Origin: Octopus vulgaris
Lineage: Eukaryota
Reading direction: 5' to 3'
DNA: 64,000 nucleotides
NCBI GenBank assembly: GCA_951406725.2
Contig: OX597826.1
Location: 69,006,001-69,070,000 of the forward strand
The position numbers and the translations under genes are program-made. The notes under the pieces are model-generated. The model was not told where the DNA came from, ran no database searches, and was given only the letters and a program-made list of their open reading frames with translations. Each line of letters starts with the position of its first letter. Position 1 is the stretch's first letter. Shown here piece after piece: positions 57,656 through 64,000 of the stretch.

Positions 57656-57707
57656 CATCTTCATCATCATCATCATCATCATCAATATCATCATCATCAT
57701 CATCAAT

Positions 57708-57740
<33 letters not shown>

Positions 57741-57756
57741 GTCGTCATCATCATCC

Positions 57757-57788
<32 letters not shown>

Positions 57789-57789
57789 G

Positions 57790-57839
<50 letters not shown>

Positions 57840-57917
57840 GTCATCATCATCCTCATCATCATCAGCATCATCATCATCATCATCCTCATCATCATCATCA
57901 TCGTCATCGTCATCGTT

Positions 57918-57967
<50 letters not shown>

Positions 57968-58002
57968 CATCATCATCATCATCATGATCATGATCATCAT
58001 CC

Positions 58003-58048
<46 letters not shown>

Positions 58049-58101
58049 TATCATCATCGTCGTCGTCGTCGTCGTCGTCGTCATCAACATCATCATCGTC
58101 G

Positions 58102-58148
<47 letters not shown>

Positions 58149-58149
58149 G

Positions 58150-58184
<35 letters not shown>

Positions 58185-58200
58185 GTCATTATCATCACCA
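57656..58200. repeat. (CAT)n microsatellite
   Basis: Direct observation; produces the poly-D pseudo-ORF. Confidence 0.95.
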
Positions 58201-58302
58201 CAATATATTATCAAATACATCAACGATTACGTTCAGAATAATGCTAACATCATGGAAATATCTATCTTCAAGAAGAATAACAATAATTTCTAATTTAGAC
58301 AC

Positions 58303-58468
58303 AGGAGTGGCTGTGTGGTAAGTAGCTTGCTAACCAACCACATGGTTCCGGGTTCAGTCACACTGCGTGACATCTTGGGCAAGTGTCTTCTGCTATAGCC
58401 CCGGGCCGAGCAATGCCTTGTGAATGGATTTGGTAGACGGAAACTGAAAGAAGCCTGTCGTATATATG

Positions 58469-58499
<31 letters not shown>

Positions 58500-58687
58500 A
58501 TGTGTTTGTCCCCCTAGCATTGTTTGACAACCGATGCTGGTGTGTTTACGTCCCCGTCACTTAGCGGTTCGGTAAAAGAGACCGATAGAATAAGTACTGG
58601 GCTTACAAAGAATAAGTTCCGACTAAAGGCGGTGCGCCAGCATGGCCGCAGTCAAATGACTGAAACAAGTAAATGAGTAAATGAGTA
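58303..58687 (+). mobile_element. SINE family A, full length with a small 3' deletion
   Basis: Aligns with the other copies. Confidence 0.9.
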
Positions 58688-58803
58688 AGGGCAATGATAT
58701 TTTGAGAAGAGAAGCTTCGTCAAGTCAATGAAATCGGTCCCAGTATATGAATGACACTTTAATTCTTAGATCTTGAGTATTAACTACTGCTATTTTATCA
58801 CGT

Positions 58804-59062
58804 GTGGAGGTGCATGGCTTAGTGGTTAGGGTGTCGGCATCATGATCGTAGGTTTGTGGTTTCGATTCCTGAATCGGCCGACGCGTTATGTTCTCGAGCA
58901 AAACACTTCGTTTCACGTTGCTCCAGTCCACTCAGCTGGCAAAAATGAGAAACGCTGCGATGGACTGGCCTCTCATCCTATTGGGGAACACATACGCCAT
59001 TGAAACCGGGAAACCGGGTCCATGAGCCTGGCTAGGCTTTTAAAGGGCGCATTTATGATTTA
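58804..59062 (+). mobile_element. SINE with D-type head, CORE-like body and tail type 2, 14-bp TSD
   Basis: TGGCTTAGTGG and GTTTCGATTCC boxes; CTATTTTATC(A/G)CGT at 58790-58803 and 59063-59076. Confidence 0.85.
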
Positions 59063-59431
59063 CTATTTTATCGCGTCATGTAAACGGAAACGTCTAGAAA
59101 ACACAACTAGTCGTTCAGTGAGTTTTTTGTTTCCATTCGGCATAATCACACAACGTAAGAGCTAACATCGCCACAACGGCCATCCGCGACAAGACGAAAT
59201 GCACGGTTTGTCCCTAGGAACCACCAGCCGCGGAACATCGTCCGAAAGACGATTTAAAATGGTGGTTGTACTTTGCTTCACATAAGGACGCTCGATATGA
59301 CTTAGCCCGGAGGGCTAAGCTATACAATAACTACGACAATGATGACGCCAAACACAATAACTATAATAGCAATAACAACAACAATAAAATCATTTTCGTA
59401 AGGCTTTAGTCGAGCAAATCAACATTAGTAT

Positions 59432-59600
59432 TTATTTACGTTATTTACATTTGACGGATTTTTGTCCTCATCTTGTTTGTTGTTAACACAACGTTTCGTC
59501 GGATATACCCTCCAGCCTTCATTAGGTGTCTAGAGCAAATTTCGAACCTGGGTTCTCATTCCTAAGGTATTTTTCGATGTTGTTGTTGTTATTATTATTA

Positions 59601-59661
<61 letters not shown>

Positions 59662-59672
59662 CATCATTATCA

Positions 59673-59736
<64 letters not shown>

Positions 59737-59829
59737 CATCATCATCATCATCATCATCATCATTATTATTTCGATCACTGCCTGGAATCGAACTAGGAAT
59801 CTTGGGTTAATAGCCCGCACTGTTAACCA
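59432..59829 (-). mobile_element. tRNA-headed element with internal (AAT)n and a hammerhead-bearing Penelope-like tail
   Basis: Minus strand: TGGTTAA..GGGCTATTAACCC..GTTCGATTCC, microsatellite, hammerhead motif at 59485-59530, tail GTAAATAA x2. Confidence 0.7.
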
Positions 59830-59830
59830 A

Positions 59831-59876
59831 AACACCTGGTGAAGGCTGGAGTGTATATCAGCCGAAACATTGTGTT
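59831..59876 (+). ncRNA. Minimal hammerhead ribozyme-like motif (inverted copy of 59485-59530)
   Basis: AACAC-CTGGTGA-A-GGCTG..CAGCC-GAAACATT-GTGTT; the two-copy consensus gives CTGATGA..GAAACGTT. Confidence 0.65.
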
Positions 59877-59898
59877 AACGACAAACAGGATGAGGACA

Positions 59899-59950
<52 letters not shown>

Positions 59951-61034
59951 CAATTCTACATGTACTATAGAATTTCGTTTCTATCCGAGATTTCGTGAAA
60001 CAGAGAGTACCGCTAGAAATATTCATAGATAGAGTAACTATATAAAAATGCATTTTTATCGGACATGTACGCCATATTCCCTAAAATAGGGAAACTCTGG
60101 CATTTGTAGGTAGTGAGAAAACCCTTTGATAAAACAAATTCTTGCTAGGAAATTATATAAGCAACGTCATAATTTGAAATTTGCTAGGCCCCTGTTGTGG
60201 TAACGATGACAAGCACGGTTTAACCTGTCAAAAACTGTTTAGTTCGAATTCCAATAGAATTGAATGTTGTGAAAGATAAAGAAAAATATTATTAGCAGAA
60301 ATGTATACAAATTTTTGTGCATAGGATACCTTAACCACTGAACATATTTCATGCGTCTCCTAAGAGTAGAAAGGTCGTGAAAACTTGCTATATAGTGACA
60401 CGGTAAACAAGTAGTTTATACCTTACAGAATGGAGACTTAAATGCTGACATTAAACATGAAGTCGAGAACCATTGATAATTATTCGTATCTTGGGCATAA
60501 GCTGTACTAATAACCAATTGTTAGAACTCGATATACATACTTATGATTTAGTGCAAAATGTCAAGAGATCAGCGAGAGAAATATCATTCATTGAATGACA
60601 AATTCAAAGCAGTTATGCAATCACGTTCATTAGCTTACGGCTATTACTGCAATACGACATAGCAGACAGAGATGAGTGTTTGTACGACATGTTACAGCTT
60701 CCTCAGAGCCATTGAAAGGAAGCACGTTCGTATATAAAATTTACAGATAAATCGACCGTGTCATAACCTTTCTTTTAGGGCCTCCGCTATAATAGATAGG
60801 AAGAAAAGGCGGGAGAAAGCAGGTTCGCGGGGTTTAAAAAGCAACGGATTAGTTAATTCTTCCCGCCGCCACCTTAAAGAGAGTCTAACTTCGCTGATCA
60901 AGTGATTCATATGAATTGCGTGATACAGCGACACTTGTGAAGCTCTGTTGTAAGAGAAAATAATGTTCCTTTCTACACAAAATGATTACAGATGGCTTCA
61001 ATGGTAAGTATTTTACAGACTGTTTGGAAGCCTG

Positions 61035-61201
61035 TAACACACACACACACACATATATACATACTTATATCTACGCATACTTACTCGCACACTCATTGGT
61101 ACATATGTATATACATGTATATATATATATACATATATATATGTGTGTGTGTTTACATATATGCTTATATATATATATATATGTATATGTATGTGTATAT
61201 A

Positions 61202-61248
<47 letters not shown>

Positions 61249-61249
61249 G

Positions 61250-61313
<64 letters not shown>

Positions 61314-61509
61314 TGTGTGTGTATACATGTGTGTGTACATATGTATTATGTATGTATATCTCTATGTATTGAGAACGAGAATAAAAGAAAGTAAAATATA
61401 TATACCTGACGGTTAGAAAGAAAAACAACATAGACAGGTAGATAGGAGATATCGATTGATGGATAGATAGATACATATACAGATACATACACAAATATAC
61501 ACACACACG

Positions 61510-61578
<69 letters not shown>

Positions 61579-61710
61579 ATATATATATGTGTGTGTGTAT
61601 ATATACATAAACATATACATATACATAGGTATATATATTTACATGTATATATGTGTGTGCGTGAGTTTGTGTCTGTGTGCATGTATGTTTTGTATTTGTA
61701 TATGTGTACG
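61035..61710. repeat. (TA)n/(TG)n low-complexity tract
   Basis: Direct observation. Confidence 0.9.
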
Positions 61711-62174
61711 AGTGTGCTTGTATGTTTAGACCGACACAGACAGACAAGAAGAGACACCTGTAATAAAATATATTATAAACCTTTTCTTAAAATGAATAAG
61801 ATTCTTAAAAGCGTTTGAATGTAGAAGTTGGAAAAGAAATAAAATTTAAACCACAAAATCTTAACTTCGTTTTGTTATAACAATCTTGCTTTGTTAAAAC
61901 GAAAAACTTGACTGAATATCAGGTGACAGACTTGATTGAGTCACGTTGAAAGAAAGTAGGAAAAGAAAAGCAAAAAGAAGACTATAAATAACAGACAGAC
62001 ATGTGTGGTGTGTAGTAGCCATTGTTTCGTGCTTTCACGGTGAACGCTAAATAATAATATAAACGGGTGTAATTGGCACAGCGTCTGAACGTCAGAGCCT
62101 GGTTTCGACTTCCTCTTACAGCTAATTTCCAGTTTAAACTTTTCTATTCATGTGCCTCTGTGCATGTATATATA

Positions 62175-62347
62175 TGTGGCTGTGTGGTAAGTAGCTTGTT
62201 TACCAACCACATGGTTCCCGGGGTCAATCCCACTGCGTGACACCTTCTTGGGCAAGTGTCTTCTACTATAATAGCCTTGGGCCGACCAAAGCCTTGTGAG
62301 TGGATTTGGTAGACGGAAACTGAAAGAAGCCTGTCGTATATATGTAA

Positions 62348-62379
<32 letters not shown>

Positions 62380-62590
62380 TTGTGTGTTTGTGTTTGTCCC
62401 CCTAGCATTGCTTGACAACCGATGCTGGTGTGTTTATGTCCCCGTTACTTAGCGGTTCGGCAAAAGAGACCGATAGAATAAGTACTGGGCTTACAAAAGA
62501 ATAAGTCCCGGGGTCGAGTTGCTCGATTAAAGGCGGTGCTCCAGCATGGCCGCAGTCAAATGAGTGAAACAAGTAAAAGAGTAAAAGAGT
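62175..62590 (+). mobile_element. SINE family A, near full length
   Basis: Aligns with the other copies. Confidence 0.9.
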
Positions 62591-62626
62591 ATGTGTGTGT
62601 GTGTCTGTGTGTCGTTATGTGCGTAT

Positions 62627-62951
62627 GTGAAGGCGCATGGCTTAGTGGTTTAGGGCATTCGGCGCACGACTGTAGGGTCGTGAGTTCCATTCCCGTCGAC
62701 ACGTTTTGTCCTTGAGCAAGATACTTTATTTCACGTTGCTCCACTACACTCAGCTGGCAAAAATGAGGTGTACCTGTATTTCAAAGGGCCGGCCTTGTCA
62801 CTCTCTGTGTCACGCTGAATCTCCCTGAGACCTACGTTTGGGGTACACGTGTCTGTGGATTGTTCAGTCACCTGCACGTTAATTTCACGAGCAAGCTGTT
62901 CCGTTGATCGTATCAGCTGGGACCCTCGTCGTCGTAAACGACGGAGTGCTC
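62627..62951 (+). mobile_element. SINE with D-type head and tail type 1
   Basis: Head and body match 58804-58948; the tail from GTACCTGTATTTCAA matches 16661-16842. Confidence 0.85.
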
Positions 62952-63557
62952 CTCTATAAATATATTTGTATCGTTTACATATTCCTGTCATTATACTACG
63001 TCCATGCTGGTGCTCTACCGTAAAGAGATTTTACTCGAGAAAAGCGATACCTTATGGGTGCTTAAATTTCTAGACTTTTTTTCTATCTGATATATTGGAC
63101 ACCTGCCAACTGCTCGATTATGTAGACATAAAACAAGCCAACACAGGTTTTTAAGCAATGTTAGGGTACGAATATAAGCACACTGACACGCATACACGCG
63201 CACACACACATATATATATGTATGTATGTCGAAACCATAATGATATCCGTGGGGCAGCTGATGATGGAGGCATGCTGGATTGTTGGTATGGCTGGTTTTG
63301 TATATGTGCAATAGTTTTATAATACATCTTTTTGATATATATGTATATCTCTAAACATAATAAATAGGGTAATAATGAATCATTATTACCAGTGGCCTAG
63401 CACAAAAAACGAATTAGTCATTAGACTATATATTATTCATATAGAAATACAATAAGAGGCTTCCAATTCCTTTCGAGAATTTATACTTTTTTGTGGTTTT
63501 TGAGTTTTCTACTGCTCTTTCTAGCACAACGCTCTCCTATTTGGAAGCCTCTTATTG

Positions 63558-63594
<37 letters not shown>

Positions 63595-63599
63595 TAATT

Positions 63600-63830
63600 G
63601 CCACTCCATAGGTTATGAGGACGAGAGCTGCAATTGTTCTGCTCAGCGGAACAGGCTGCTTGTGAAATTAACCTGCAAGTGGCTGAGCACCTCACTGACA
63701 CGTATATACGTATCGTAGGGAAATTCATTGTGATACAGAATGTAAAAAGGGCCGGCCCTTTGAATTACGTAAAATAAATTGTCTTGCTCAACGATCCAAC
63801 GAACCGCCACGAATCGAACTCACGACCGTA
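63600..63830 (-). mobile_element. Diverged SINE with tail type 1
   Basis: CGGAACAGGCTGCTTGTGAAATTAACCTGCAAGTGGCTGAGCAC..GGCCGGCCCTTTGAA..ATCGAACTCACGAC. Confidence 0.7.
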
Positions 63831-64000
63831 TGTGTGTATGTGTGTGTGTGTGTGTGTGTGTGTACATGATATAGCTAGCTAATTCGTAATTCTACAACCA
63901 AAAGGCAGAAATATATACGTCACTAAAGTGACCAAGGGCACTCGTCGGCACCAGTATCGCTAGAAATAAGAGTCAAAACAACTCAATTACCACAAAAAGG

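Noticed and set aside
57402-58223. 273-aa poly-Asp ORF
   Set aside because: Pure trinucleotide microsatellite read-through.

Overview
This is AT-rich eukaryotic non-coding DNA saturated with microsatellites and retroelements. The repeat families resemble those I recall from Octopus genomes (inference, not database-checked). I cannot support any host protein-coding exon: almost all listed ORFs are microsatellite read-through. Real coding remnants are all transposable elements: an L1/Tx1-type ORF2 C-terminus, an R4/Dong-like RLE element, an RTE element with three C2H2 fingers, mariner pieces and Penelope GIY-YIG pieces. Main signals: (1) four non-LTR-type families each sit in their own microsatellite class ((TATC)n, (CATA)n, (TATG)n, (AAT)n), with repeat on both junctions or across several copies; (2) a tRNA-headed SINE carries a Penelope-type minimal hammerhead ribozyme tail plus a 5' inverted copy, alongside several other hammerhead relics; (3) a SINE concatemer with 69-bp head repeats and a head-to-head palindrome; (4) modular head/tail swapping among SINEs; (5) two long hairpins and two candidate non-coding minus-strand exons. 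Coordinates were read by eye and may be off by a few bases.
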